A model generated the notes under the pieces. That model saw only the letters and a list, made by a program, of their open reading frames with translations, was not told the origin of the DNA and made no database searches. From positions 5,770,110-5,834,109 of the forward strand of contig CM082584.2 in NCBI GenBank assembly GCA_040954595.2: DNA of 64,000 bases, given 5' to 3'. Position numbers and translations under genes: made by a program. Positions 37,977 through 51,600 of the stretch are shown piece after piece (the first letter of the stretch is position 1; each line of letters begins with the position of its first letter). The DNA is from Balanoglossus misakiensis. Taxonomy: Eukaryota > Animalia > Hemichordata.

Positions 37977-40900
37977 CACACAAAAACACAAATACACGAG
38001 ATCAGATGACAAATAAAACAAGAACATTCGGACACGTCTATTTACAATAAAATTCAAAATGTCTTTAATTCCATTCGATTATTATCAAAATATCTCCTCT
38101 CGATTTTAAATCAATGTTGAGTTGTTACTAAATATATACACATATTCACCAATAGACGCAAGTCTCGCTTACCGATGAGCCATCAGTCAACGCATGCGCA
38201 GAGTGCTGATATGCTTCTGGTACATGATGTAAATAAACGTTTGGTCTGGCCACGATGACCGTGTGCTGGCAAAGTACTAGTACATCACTTTCTATTTGCT
38301 GGCACTGTCCCAAAATAATCAAAGACAAGGGCGCCCCTAATCCCCGAATTTTAGAGATTTAAATCTGAGTGGAATAAATATAAACTTGAAAAAAAAGTTA
38401 AATGAGAAAGAAACTCTAAGGTTTAGGCTTGCTACTATTAATTGTACAAAATATAAAATTGCCTCAATGGGCACGAAATAGTCGACAATTTAATGTAGAA
38501 CCGTCAGACGGAGTCGTTATTACAGGGAAGACATCACAGTGTGTACTTCTTGGAAGTAACTCATTTCAGATTGAATATCTCGTCTCTTGAAGTAAATCAA
38601 TGCTAACGTGTTGCCCATGATTTCATTTAGTCGATGCTATTTTCTTCCTGTAACACAAAATATATATCAGTGATTAGTATTAGAATAAAAAGACGAGTTT
38701 TCAGGTGGCGTTTGATATCATAATATCATAATTCAGCACAGTAATATCAAAAGACAGCTCATTCTACAATATTGGGGCAGCTACAGAAAATACACGACAA
38801 CCATAAAGCCTCTAGCGCTGCCAAAGTTCACATTTTTTTTTCCACAATAAATTACTAAACTCTGCACCTGTACTGGTTTCTTTCAAAGCCTGATTTGTAT
38901 TACTTGACTAGCAACCCGTTGCTAGGGCAATTAACAAAGTCTCGCGAGATCTCGGAAAATCATCAAAGCCGGATATACACTGCCGCAGTTACTCTTGTGC
39001 TATAACGAAGTATGCATAGCCATAGGCCTACAATCATTACTAGCCAAGCGGCAACTACACACCTTGCAGTGGCCGCTCTTGCTGCGGCGGCAGCTGTGAA
39101 TTCTGCCACCGTGAACGTCCTATCACCTATCGTCAGCTGATTAAAATCGCTTGTCTTTTTCCTCCTCGATAACCTGAAAATCCATCGGGGTTATACAGAG
39201 GTCAATGTTTCGTTGTTAAGTTGGAAAGAGGAAGGGATGACAACGAGAGACATATGTACATGCAATAACTCAATACTCCTGCTTCAACGCTCGGACATTT
39301 TCTGAAAGATAACATCAAAGAAATCTAACAACATAAGTACTGCAATTGGAAGAGCTGAAATACTAAGACAGAAATTAAATTCATACCAAGTAGAGACACG
39401 AACAAAATGATGTAAAAGATTGGTTCATGATGACAAAGCGATGATTACTGAAACTATTTTATGGACGTATGTTAATGTTGTTATCTTTTCGCAATTATGA
39501 TTAATAGCACATGAAAAAAAATTAAAGATATGATGTCTATTAAGGTTATATGACAATTATTTCAACAAACGAACACATTACCAACAAAACGCATTATCGC
39601 CATGCATGTACATGTTTGCCATGCGTCATATGAAATGCAGTGTAAATTCTCGAAGCTGTAATAGTGTGATCTGGTCTTGCACCATGCTTAGGAAACCACC
39701 CATAAAGCATGAGGTGGCGGCCGGGGTGGGGGTGAACTTTCACACTTTGGTGAGTAACAGCAATATTGATGTAGTTTTCTTGCGTATGAATCTGTGACAA
39801 ACACGCGTGTGTGACAGATTTCCTCCAATAATGGTGGCCACACGTTGATTTGTGCATATTTTCGTAAACTTACTTGTAGAGGGCGCTAATAGATTCCTGT
39901 GGTATCGTTGCAGCACTATAAGGCATGTATTGACAATTGGTAGGGAAGCTATGCCGCAGTGAATTGCCGCTTCTCTTCCTGTATTTGCACATAAGAGCAT
40001 AGCAGCGAAAATTAGATTATTAAGTTAATAACAGAAGCGACTGGCAACCTTATTTGACCCTTGGCCTCTGACACAAGCGCATACCCCAATGACATGTTTA
40101 GTGAAGTCCCTTTAACCCCAAAGCAACGCATCCTGACTCCAAGTGAAAGGGCTTACAATGTAACATCGTCGCAATCGTTTGGCAATATATTTTGTTTCCA
40201 TGAGAGGTTTAATTATTCTGCATCCATTCAGCCGGTCATAAGAACTCTATCCGTGCTCTGTGTACAAGGCACATCGCGTGTGGAGTGACGGTGTATTGTG
40301 CTGTAGACCAATCGACATCAACGCACGTCAAATTGTTGCACGCCACTCAAAGCAGGAGAACAGAGCTCTAATGATGATCTGGATGCCATTGCAATGAAGT
40401 ACATGTATTAAAGAGCGACAGAAAAAAGACTCCTGGTGTGAACAAAACCAACCGCGATAATGCCAAAAGAGGGCGACTTTATCTCTTTAAAATGAAGGAG
40501 GCTCGGTTCATGTGTTTGGTAAATCTTAAACAACATAATGATTAACATTAAAATAACCATCATTGACTTTCAATTTGTGACCACGGTCAAGTAAGATCAC
40601 CAGTCCAACAGTAACGGTATTATAAACAGAAACACACGTTAAATTGTGTCAATCACATTAGTATAGAGTGTTACACAGATAACTGGTGCAGAAGACAGGC
40701 ACTGCGCTGACTTGAGTTGATCACTTCAAACATGCAAACGAACAGTAACAATCACGGCAGCAGCAAGCTGGCCGTAACGCATGCAGAAACTGTTGCCGTA
40801 AAGGGGTTGTGGTTTACGACGATGCAGCAGAGCGATACGCCATGCGCATACTCACTTCAAACCAGCTGTTCTCTGATATGGCGACGATCGATCCAAACTC

Positions 40901-43221
40901 TCTGTCAGCGTTTGGACGTTGGATTCTGAGATGTGACTTTTATGTAAATCGTACAGATAGTGCAGTGAGCTCTGCCAGTGACGACTCTTCTCATCTTCAA
41001 GGTCTTGTTCTGTTTCCTACATACGAGTACAAAGTTACGTCAGTGCATCAGTCCAACCCTATATACTATGAACAAAGACCAGATGACCACCTGTTGCATT
41101 TTCAACGAAAATCTTGCGAACAGCCTCGTTACTGTTCGCAAAAGCACGACAAATGTTGGTTGTCTACTCATCAAATCACCGAAAATAATCGTAAACAATA
41201 ACAGTGGGTTTCCATGGCAAACAGGTGATATCGCCATACCTCTGTTCTGGCTGCATAGGATATACTACCCCCATTCCCAGCATTCTTTGCGTTATACTGC
41301 GTTGATATTTTCTTCTGTGTGGTGTCCATGGCTCGTCGTAGAGGGTTTTTGGCCGTGTTTGCCCTGAACCCAGGTGGTCCGCGATGCTGTCAAAAGAATT
41401 TGACATTTAAATTATGTGAGCAGTTATATAACCGCAACAAGCGGCAGGGACGTGTGCCGTGCAAGTGGAGTTATTGAAACAACAAATTTCAAATTCAAAC
41501 AAATTCAAACCAATCGCTGTTATAAGGAGAGACGCTATATAGTGCACTAAGAAGGATGATCAGAACGGAATCTCTAACTGCAAGAGGATTTCAGATCAAG
41601 GGACGCATGACGACACGAGAGAGGTTGCCAGTTACACCACCGTGGGTCCAGTAATCTTTAGTATTCCAACGACTTGATAGATCAGAGCCCGAATGATTTC
41701 TTGCACGACCAAAATGACCTATTAGAATGAACTGACCCAATAGACTGGATGTGGCAACATTCTCAAAATGTCACGGTCCCTTCTGTTCATACACAATCCC
41801 TCCGTGATAGAGGGACTGTGGTTCACACGTACAAGCTAAAAGCTTGCAAGGGTAAGGAAAACGCCAAACGCCGCGTGAAGTGAATGTGTGTGTGCATTTG
41901 TCAGCCACGCAAATCGAGAGAGAACGCCCTCTAGTGATCGGCTGGGGTTTTATTTTATTTTGTCAAGCACGCGTTCATCTCTGGGAGGAAATTCTGCACA
42001 CGGTCTCCTTACCCTAGCCTGTGTGTATTTCTTCCCGAGAACTATACACGAGATTCTCTCTTTTACAGTCATAGTACTTGGCTGTTAGCCAGAATACCCA
42101 GGAGGTGTGTTTAAAGGAAAAAGATCTTACATTAAAAAAGTGACCACAAAGATGACGTTTTTATAATGTTTGAACGACGCAGGCGCGAAGAGTGATTCCA
42201 TCTCATGTCATATAAGAAAATAACTGTGTTTCAGACGTCGAAAATGATAGAAAGCGTGACTGTGTCTAATAAAGGAGGCTATAACCGAACGATCTACGGT
42301 CCAGGCTCTAAGAATGACGTCATCACGTACATGCAGTGAAATGCATCGGTTTGTCTTCAACGAGACAAAATTATGATCACAATGACCTACATGTTGCTAT
42401 CAGCTCCTAGGCGCAATCAATGCAGGTTAGTTTAACCAATTGATTATCAATAGGTATACCTTAAATGATATTTTATATTCTGCTTTCCAGACACAGAAAT
42501 AAAGACTTTTTACTTAAACGAGAACTCGGGATATGGCATAGAGACACACAAGATGTTAACACCATTTCTCACCTTACGGTATGTAGCTGATCGAGTCGGA
42601 TGTCCCGACTTGGCCCGCACCCTCTTAAAGTGGCGATAAAGGACGACATTAGGAATTATTTATACAGATTTACGATTTTAATATTAGTCAAAGCAACTCA
42701 CATGTTACATATACCCACACATTACGGGAAGTTTTAAGTTATTAATCAACATAATTAGTAAAATGGTTAAAATTATCGGAAATCGGATAGGAGAGTATTT
42801 GTTACTGTCAACTATTGTCCATTAAAGAGAAATTCGAGAACGAAAATAAAACTGAACTGATTTTTGTCAAGGAGGTCTGAAAGCCGACACAAATCCAATG
42901 CAAACCACTGTCGAGTTATTAATGATGAGTTAATCATGTGACCAACTTGAAGAAGGGCAAAAAAGCAAAATCAGTAAGCGTAAGTAAATGTAGAGGTAAT
43001 GTTATAGAAGTCTTTTTAGACATTAATACCAGGCTAGTGCAATGTAAAGAGCGAATAATCAGCAAACGTGTGTTACAAGACAAATCGCATCTTTTCACTA
43101 CATCTACCAAGCCATGGGCTGCATCATTTCTACAGTTTACATAGAAACGAAGTATTGTAAAAATGATACCTGAGAGGGCGCTGTCTGAGGTTTGGGAACG
43201 AGTTCCACCTTTGTGTCCTTG

Positions 43222-44425
43222 TAAGGGACCGTTCAGTTTTTACGGCAGGGGGGGGGCTGGCAAGTTTGTGTCATCGGTTCTCAAAATCAGGCCGACCCCC
43301 CCTTCACCCAGCCCAAAAAAATGATGACCCCCCCTTTGACAGACCCAAAAATATGATGACCCCCCCCCCCACGCCGAAAACATTCGCCGTCCTGATCCTA
43401 TGTATACACTGTATGCAATAAAGGGAATGGGGCTCCTCACCCCTCAATTATAAATTTCTTAAAGTAATTGAATTATTTAATAATATCGTTGCAATAAAGA
43501 AATCTATGAACAAAAATAAAATGACAAGTCAATACAATAGTTGCTAGAATTGGTAAAACCAGAAAAGTGGCGGGGGTGGGCGTGGGAGGGGGTGTCCCCC
43601 TCCCACATAAGAACATTTTGTAAAATACGGTGCTCAAAGTTGCATTTTAATGAACTCAAAAGCAAATAAAGTCAATGTTAGGCAGGACGAATTTTGATTT
43701 TGCCACTCCACTCAAAGTAAGCATAGGGGTGGGGTGGGAATAAGTCTGCCCTGGTACACTAGACAAACCAGCGGATAAATGATATGTTGCATAGAATGTA
43801 GGGGGTGGGTGTGGGAGGGGGTGTCGCCCTCCCACATAAGAAAATTTTGTAAAATATGTAGCTCAAAGTTGCATTTTTATGAACTCAAAAGCAAATTCAT
43901 CTCAATGTTTGGGAGGACCAATTTTATTTTTTGCCATTCCACTCAAAGTTAGAAGATTTGGCGTCATCTTCGTCATGACATCATTTATAAAACTTCCAGC
44001 ATATAGAAGATGCAGCACGAAACTATCAGTTATGCAGAATGGTTTAAACGTTATTCTCCTTTATGTATTAACTTTGTTAAATATTATCATCAGTGGTGTT
44101 TGGGGTGGCAAGCACTCTGCCCTGGTAGAATAGTCAAACCAGCCCAAATCGATATGTTGCAAAGAATGTAGGGGGTGGGTGTGGGAGGGGGTGGGTGTGG
44201 GAGGGGGTGTCCCCCTCCCACATTAGAAAATTTTGTAAAATAAAGTGCGCGAAACTGCAATTTTGTGGACTCAAAAGCAAAAGTTTGGTGGCAAAAGTAT
44301 GTGACCCCCCCCTAAACGTTTAAAAAAAACAGATGACCCCCCCCCTTTTGGACTTCAAAATTCAAGTGACCCCCCCCTGGATTTTGCCGGCCCCCCCCCG
44401 GCCGTAAAAACTGAACGGTCCCTAA
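43222..44425. mobile_element. Non-autonomous PIF/Harbinger-like element (~1.2 kb)
   Basis: Perfect 22-bp terminal inverted repeats GGGACCGTTCAGTTTTTACGGC (43225-43246 and 44401-44422) flanked by TAA on both sides. Three internal G-rich repeat units; no transposase ORF. Confidence 0.85.
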
Positions 44426-45675
44426 CGCGCAACGGGACATCGTAAAATAGTCTGGTGTGATGTTGAGAATTAAAAATAAAACATACATAAACGCACATAG
44501 AAATGATCGTTTATAATCGTATACCACATACGAGTCATAGCTGTCACTTGGCAGAATAACTTATCGGCGGAAAGTGAACAGAATTCTGAATTGTTTCAGC
44601 ACAGCCCCTGGTTTCAGTAATAGGCGTGAAGACTTTTCCACGGGACATTCTTTAATTGGTATGTTGTCGTCCAGGGCCTTATACAGCGTCTTTCATAGTC
44701 GCTATCGATGAAGAATGTGTTCGCGGTGGTAAACATATTATCTCTAAACCTAACATTGAATCTACGAGTAATTATGACACAGTCTGGTTACCATGGCAAT
44801 ACTTCACAACACGCGCAACAGATGAAGTCAAGATTTTTCCCATGAACATGAACGTTGACAGGGCGCAGAATTCACTGGAAGAATTCTTCGGTAGTTCATT
44901 TTTTTGGCGGAAACAGACATTCGTGTTCGTTATATTGAAGACTTTTCTTCGAGACAACAATCCAGCCATTGTTCAATTTCCTCTATTCGCTCACACAATC
45001 GGCATAGCTCTTAGATTTATAGTCTGTCATGCATGTCTTATACATTGTAGGGTCGACGCATTTTGTTACCCGATGTATCAAACTCAATGGCAAGATAGGT
45101 TTAACCCCCCCCCCCCCCCGCCCCAAAAAGCAACAAAGCATATAGTCGTTTCATTCAAACATGGTATTTTGTATTGACCGACGACTGATGTGATGACACA
45201 CAGAATAAAGTGTTCCTCTGAGCATTATTGGCAAACGTCTAATTATAAATCAACTATAAGCGTCACGGCCTATTTACATTGATTCAGAATTTCTTTGTGG
45301 TTTAACTGTCGGCTGGTTGAATATGTACAACTATATATATATATTCTGGCCGTAAATCAGGTGAGCTGTCACTCCAAATAAATCCAATTCTGGTGCTGAT
45401 CTCGAAAACATCGTTCTTGGCACCAGATCTAATAACCATAGTTTGGATTTAAATTTAGGCCACAGAACTCCCTATTCGGAAGTTGTGCTACTAATCTAAC
45501 CCAAGTATCACAATCTTGATTTTACTCAGGCCTATACAAATCGATGTTATTTAGAATACACTAGTAAGCCAATCCCATCTATATAGGCTTGAGTGAATCG
45601 ACTCGTACAAGTTATTTAGAATTTGTCTCGTGTATATTAGGCCTAGCCAAAGTTTGTGGTCCTTGGGTTGAGATT

Positions 45676-48600
45676 CTACTTTTGATTACAGTGAAAGTGT
45701 CTCTCAAACTTGTGACATTTGTCATTCAAAATCTGCCCGACAAACCGCCCTCCCCTGCAGTCATCAAAGTGGTCATAGCAGCTGTAGCACATATTGCCGC
45801 TGATCACCTGTAGGCTACTTCTGCGCCATCTTTCGCAGCGGACTCAATGGGCGCCAAAAGCCTGACGTATTTTCCATGACACGGAATTCGAACGACGTTT
45901 TAAAGTATTACCAGATTTGCGTCATGCGCGATTAACATGTTTCACTGACAAAAGAAGCAAGGGTCGATTTTCTTCTCGAGAGGAATGCGTGAATGCTAGT
46001 GATTAGGGGGACACTGTGTGTATCTTGTGCTGTGCTTTTCGGGATGACGTCACAAGCCGACAGAAACATTGACCTGGCTTGTGTGGGAGGCTGGTGACTT
46101 GGCTGACATGCTTGTGTGAATATTTGAACTCGTTTCAAGCTGGGGTCAGTGAGAGCGGGTTTGAATTATTCGTGCGACCGCATGCATCACCATGACAACG
46201 TCAACTCGACCACACCACTCGACTGGTGCAACCAGGCATGCAAAGCGCTTGCGATAAGGTGCGCCCTCACAGATGAGTTTTAGAAATGGTACTATTTCTA
46301 TCACTCTCATTCTTTGGTTTGTGGTTTTTTTCTCGTTCCAACTGATGCGCACCAAGAACTTCGAACCTTCCTTATTTCGCCATCTGGTCTGTGAGGGCGC
46401 AATCGATATGCGTGTTTTAATTGTCGCCATGCAAATATCATTCCAAATACATGTAGCTTACCACAAGTGCTTCTGGAGATAATATACCGTGATACTCCAA
46501 AATAGAAGGTAGAAAACCTTGACACAACTTAACAGAAACAGAGAATATTATGAGATGACATGACGTCATAGATTCCACGGATGAAATGTCACTGTGCCGT
46601 GAGACTAAGACGAGGACAGTCAGAGACGTTATAAGTCAGGTAATGTCAATAAATAAGAAAACTTTAAATATTAAATTTTAACTTAAACGTTAAAAGGAAA
46701 TTAAGAAAACATGTACTATCCTTAAGACCCTGGACGACAATTATGAGGTTTGCAAAATTGGATTAATTAATGTGAACTGAGTAACTCAGTCAGAACCTAG
46801 AGGGAATAAGATGCAAGGGGATTTGGGGGAATCGGATGCTGTGGACTTCCATGATGAAGGTGAATCGGATATCCTACGGGGAATTATGGGAATTGGATCC
46901 GAAACGTGAATACGACTCTAGGGTGAATGATGGCAATGTTTTGTCTAACTTTACATGCAGTGACGGGAAATTAAAATCGTTGAAGGCAATACAAAATGTA
47001 AAATTTTACTAAGTCGTTGCGTCATATTATATGTGGGAATTTTAACGATGACATGACTGGTATTCTAACACCAGATACTGCGTGTATTCGAAGGGTTAGA
47101 TCTAGAATGTGTGCTGCAAACGAATATTGTTGTAAAATGTCTGTTTTATACAAAACAACAATGCGGGCACTGGTGTGACCTATTTGCCAAAGATATGACC
47201 TAACCCCTCGGACTCTCATATAGTACTTCCCTATTTCATCGAAATAGTTTAGGGATGCGATAAAGCATACAAGCCTGGCCTAAATGCATCAAATGTATAT
47301 GTCAGTGTAAAAAAGGGAAATTGAATATTGAGTCCCTCAAATAAATGTGATACATAAGCCATAACACTGAATACTGTACATCTGACAGTAGTATAAAGTA
47401 AGCGTAACAAATGGGGGTACTTACTTTTTCTGTTAATCTGGTGAGATCAACTCCATCGCGTATCATGACAACACCCGAGTCTTCATCACCATCGAAGAAT
47501 TCTTCTCGAGCTCGTAAGCTGTCGGAGTCCATGTCTGTCTGCTGGTCCGAATCTTGCAGAACTGCCATCGTCGACGACACCCTGGGCAGCGAGTTGTCTT
47601 TCTTCTCCGGTGCTGAGTTGACAATGGACGGAGGTCGGCTGTCGACTGGAGTTTGATCGTGAACCGGAGGGAGCGAGTTCTCCGAAGTCGGCGAACCTTT
47701 TGAATCAAAACCGTACATCGTTTTGACTTTGGTCTTGTGTTTATGAATTGGTTTTTGAGGTTCTTCCAGTTGCTGCATGCATATATGCCTCTCGAGGCGA
47801 GGCGTGCTGTTCAATATGTCAGCCACGCTCAGGTTCTGTGAATCCATTATATTAAATGCATGCGACAAATTCTTAAGTTTTCTTTCCAGGCGGACGTGGC
47901 CTTGTTCGAACATGCGGGCGTGATGTCCGTTGCTCATTCTGGATGATGACGGTTGATGTAAATGTTTCTCTTCGCTGGAGTCCGTTGTATCGGAGTTCAA
48001 TGTCATGGCACTGCCGGGCGGCTTAGATTTAGTGTACGAAAATTTGACAGCATTTGACGAATCTTGGTTTTCTCGCACTGGCGCGCCCATCGTGCTTTGC
48101 TCGGATTCTGTCGTGAAGGATGACGCGCTGTTTGGAGGCCTGCTCCTCCGGGATTTCGTTGGTGGCGCTTTCACAACAGTCACGCCATTGACGGTGTACA
48201 ACTGCTCTTCTGGTTGCAAATCGAGATGCCTGTAATCTTTCAAAGTCAGCTGAAGTCGCGACACATTCACAGCATTTTTAGTCACTCGCGAGGCGTTGGT
48301 GACGTCACTAGAAACGTTTGTCCTTTTTGGTACGTCATTGCTGTTTGACGCGGGCGTCGTCTGTTGCGAAGAAGTCGACTTGCTCTGGTTTCCCGGCGGA
48401 GGCCTGCTTGGTCGTTTTTGGTCGAAAGCTTTCGTGCTTTCGAAGATACCATCTTTTGTTTTTAAACTGTCAGATTTTTCCTGCTTTAAATCAGTTTGTG
48501 TTGGTTGACGAGTTTGTGATTCCGGAGCCGAATGGGCCCTGGGTTTAAGACGAGAAATTAAACTGGCTTCAACGAACTCCTTTACGTCATCAATATTGCT

Positions 48601-51600
48601 ACATTTGGTCCCGGTAGTGCATAGGTAACTCTCCCAAGAATTTGATGTGTAAGTCTGTGGGTTTGGTTCTGCAAATAAAAGACACAGAAAATGATTTCGG
48701 TGGTTTTATACAAACATACACACATGTACAGTCAATTCTGTGTTAGTGACCACCTCTATATAGTGACCACCTCTATATAGTGGCCACTTTGTTACAGTCC
48801 CTTTGTAATTTACATGTGCATTAATTGGCCTGTCTATAAAGACCACCTGGCTATAAAGGCCAGTTTAGGGAAGTCCCTTGACTGGCCACTATAGACAGGT
48901 TTAACTGTATATACATATACAATGTACATACGTACGTACGTAGGTGCGTGCGTGCGTACGTACGTAATTCATTGAAATGCATTGAATTTTGTAATATAAG
49001 AATTCCTTCACTGGTGTGGAAATATGTTCTAAGTAAGGATTTGCGAATATCCTTCGAGAAAGCAAACTCGACCTCTACACAGACCTATGACGTAGTATCA
49101 TCTCAAAGGTCCCCTGGCCAATGTGACCTTATTGTCGCTGCCATTTACAACATGTATCGATCGATGTGCATGGCCGGGAATCTATAGCCCCTAGAATGGA
49201 TGAGTAAACAAACCCCATAATCACGATATTCTACACGGCTTGTCAACACGCGGCACTCCATTCGAACCTTTACAAGTAATATTATGAAGGTGGTTTCTTT
49301 AACGAGACACGGCATGATAGCCTAGAAAGTAAAACCCCGATCGTATTTCAGGTATTCTGATGTGCTCCAGACATAGAACACGTATTCAGGGCACGGACGA
49401 ACTATTAACATCAAAAATCGATTTTATTTGGACAGTGTCCAAGTCATCAAACCTAGACATGTTGACAAGCATTGATTTTCCGAATAGAAATAACATGGTC
49501 GTCAATAACATCTACCATCATGATGAATGCAGTATAGTCATGACTTGATTGCAATGTATTGATTTATAATGTGTGTCTTTATTAAATTTATCTTGCTTCC
49601 AAAACAGTGATCAAATTATCGATCTCCATTTCAATATAATTAATTTCACAGAATAAAACAAAATTAAAGGGTTTGGTACGATGGGGAATTTTTAGAAGCG
49701 TATGCCTACCGCCATCGCGTCTTATTCGTATCTAGTCAAAAATCTCAGACTACCCAAAATAACACAATCTTAGTGTTTAATCATAGCATAGACATTCGTC
49801 TTTCTAATGAATAGTCATCCGTCGTTTATGTACATTGTCACGGTCACCTATTAGACTATTTGAATCAAATCTGCACTTAGTCTATGATTGATAGTAACTG
49901 GCATCAGACCCTCTGTCTGAAAAGTAATTTCACTTCCCGTTATATCCAAGATAAGACCCAAGTTACGTGTTCACTTCTGATAACTCTGGATTAAAATTTC
50001 AACTCGTGATTTACTGATTGTATTAATCAGGCCATGGTACCTAATCGATTCCCAATAAATTAATGATTAAGTCTGTTAAAGGGTTCTGTAGTACTGACAG
50101 CTGATTAAAGAAACTGACGTAGTATGTACAGTCAGTATCAACGACGTACTTCACAGTCTCGTATATATTATACGTGGATGTCATATTAATGAGAGGTACA
50201 TGTATATGCTGAAACGCAAAAGTAGGAATGTGTCTAATTTTAATATTACGTGGAATAGTAGCGTGTAGTCATCTGTAAGATATAAGGGATATTAATTCCT
50301 TATACAAAGTCTGAGATAAAGTTCAAACACTTGATTATCTAGTGAGCGTGCCATGTTACCAAGGAAACAGAAGTAAACAGAACGTTTACCCCTCTCCTGA
50401 ATTGAACCCCGCGTTGCTATGACAACAAATTATCGCCAGTGTCAAGTAGAAGATAAGGTAATGTATGTAACAGGTAACCTTGGCCGGAAAACGCTTGATA
50501 CTGCTGACGCGGTATGACCTTAACCATGCAGTCCGCCTTATCGCTGTGACCTAAAATACGACATCACTAATATTCTCTAGTGGATTGAGAATATCGGACG
50601 AAAACAAAAATGACTTTTTTGAACCATGGTTATATAATTCTGTTTTAGCTTGTCGAAAACGATTAACACCTGTAGGATGCCAAGTCTAGGCCGGCGTTAT
50701 TTACCTCTTTTGTGCAAGCGATATTCGCTCGAGTTATGCACACGGTTGATCGGGTAAGCGGAACCACGCCATTTTCAATTTGGCTCAAATTCTACCAGCC
50801 AGAGTACATGTGCCTTTGCACAATTGCGCAAGAATTGTACTAGTGATAGACATTTATTTACAACAAGAGTATGGACAGAAACTTATTTTTCACCTGCACT
50901 GCTCAGGTTAAATAAAGTAAGTACACGTATATAAATGAAAGACATTCCTTAATTGAAGTTACTTGTATGGAACAGCGATGTCTACATACAGGGCGTCAAT
51001 GGCCTGCAGGGTTTACTGGTAAATTACACTGCAAATTGCCTGTGGCATTTAGCTCATCTGACTAAACGCTTATTTAAAAACGCACTTTACATTTTGGCAC
51101 AACGAATGTGGAGATCGTTCGGGAAAGTCTCGCCATCATTGTGTAGAAGACAACGAGACATGGGTTCATTTCAATCACCTTTGTTGTGAAAGCATTTGTC
51201 CACATGAAATAATGCATCGTTCGGATCGACCTTAGCTTGCCAGGTCATGCTCACAGCAGACTATGTCAAATGACCCGTGCCGGGTCGTGTCAAAGGTCAC
51301 CAATTCTAATACCAGGTGGGTTTCTTCACTCATATGACTCATAGTCATGATAGTAGATTTCGATGAGGACATTTTAGATTTCCAAGTCGAAAAGCCTTTT
51401 GGTTTCTAACTGTAGTCCCCCCCTCCCCCCTTAGGATTTTATCGTGGCATAGATCCGGGATGCAAGATCACGTAGGTGAAAGATCGCGTAGGTGAAGTTG
51501 CGCATATTGACTTTTTTTCCTAATTGCTTTTTGATCTCTTTTGTAAGCGATGAATCACCATGATGTAGGTTGTGAAAACTAAAGACAGCAATTCTCATTG

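Noticed and set aside
40717-41406. Cluster of 65-130-aa ORFs
   Set aside because: No recognisable domain and no convincing splice sites; cannot be supported without transcript data.
44656-45177. 173-aa plus-strand ORF
   Set aside because: Non-ATG start, no motif, runs through a poly-C tract; probably antisense to the 3' UTR of the minus-strand gene.
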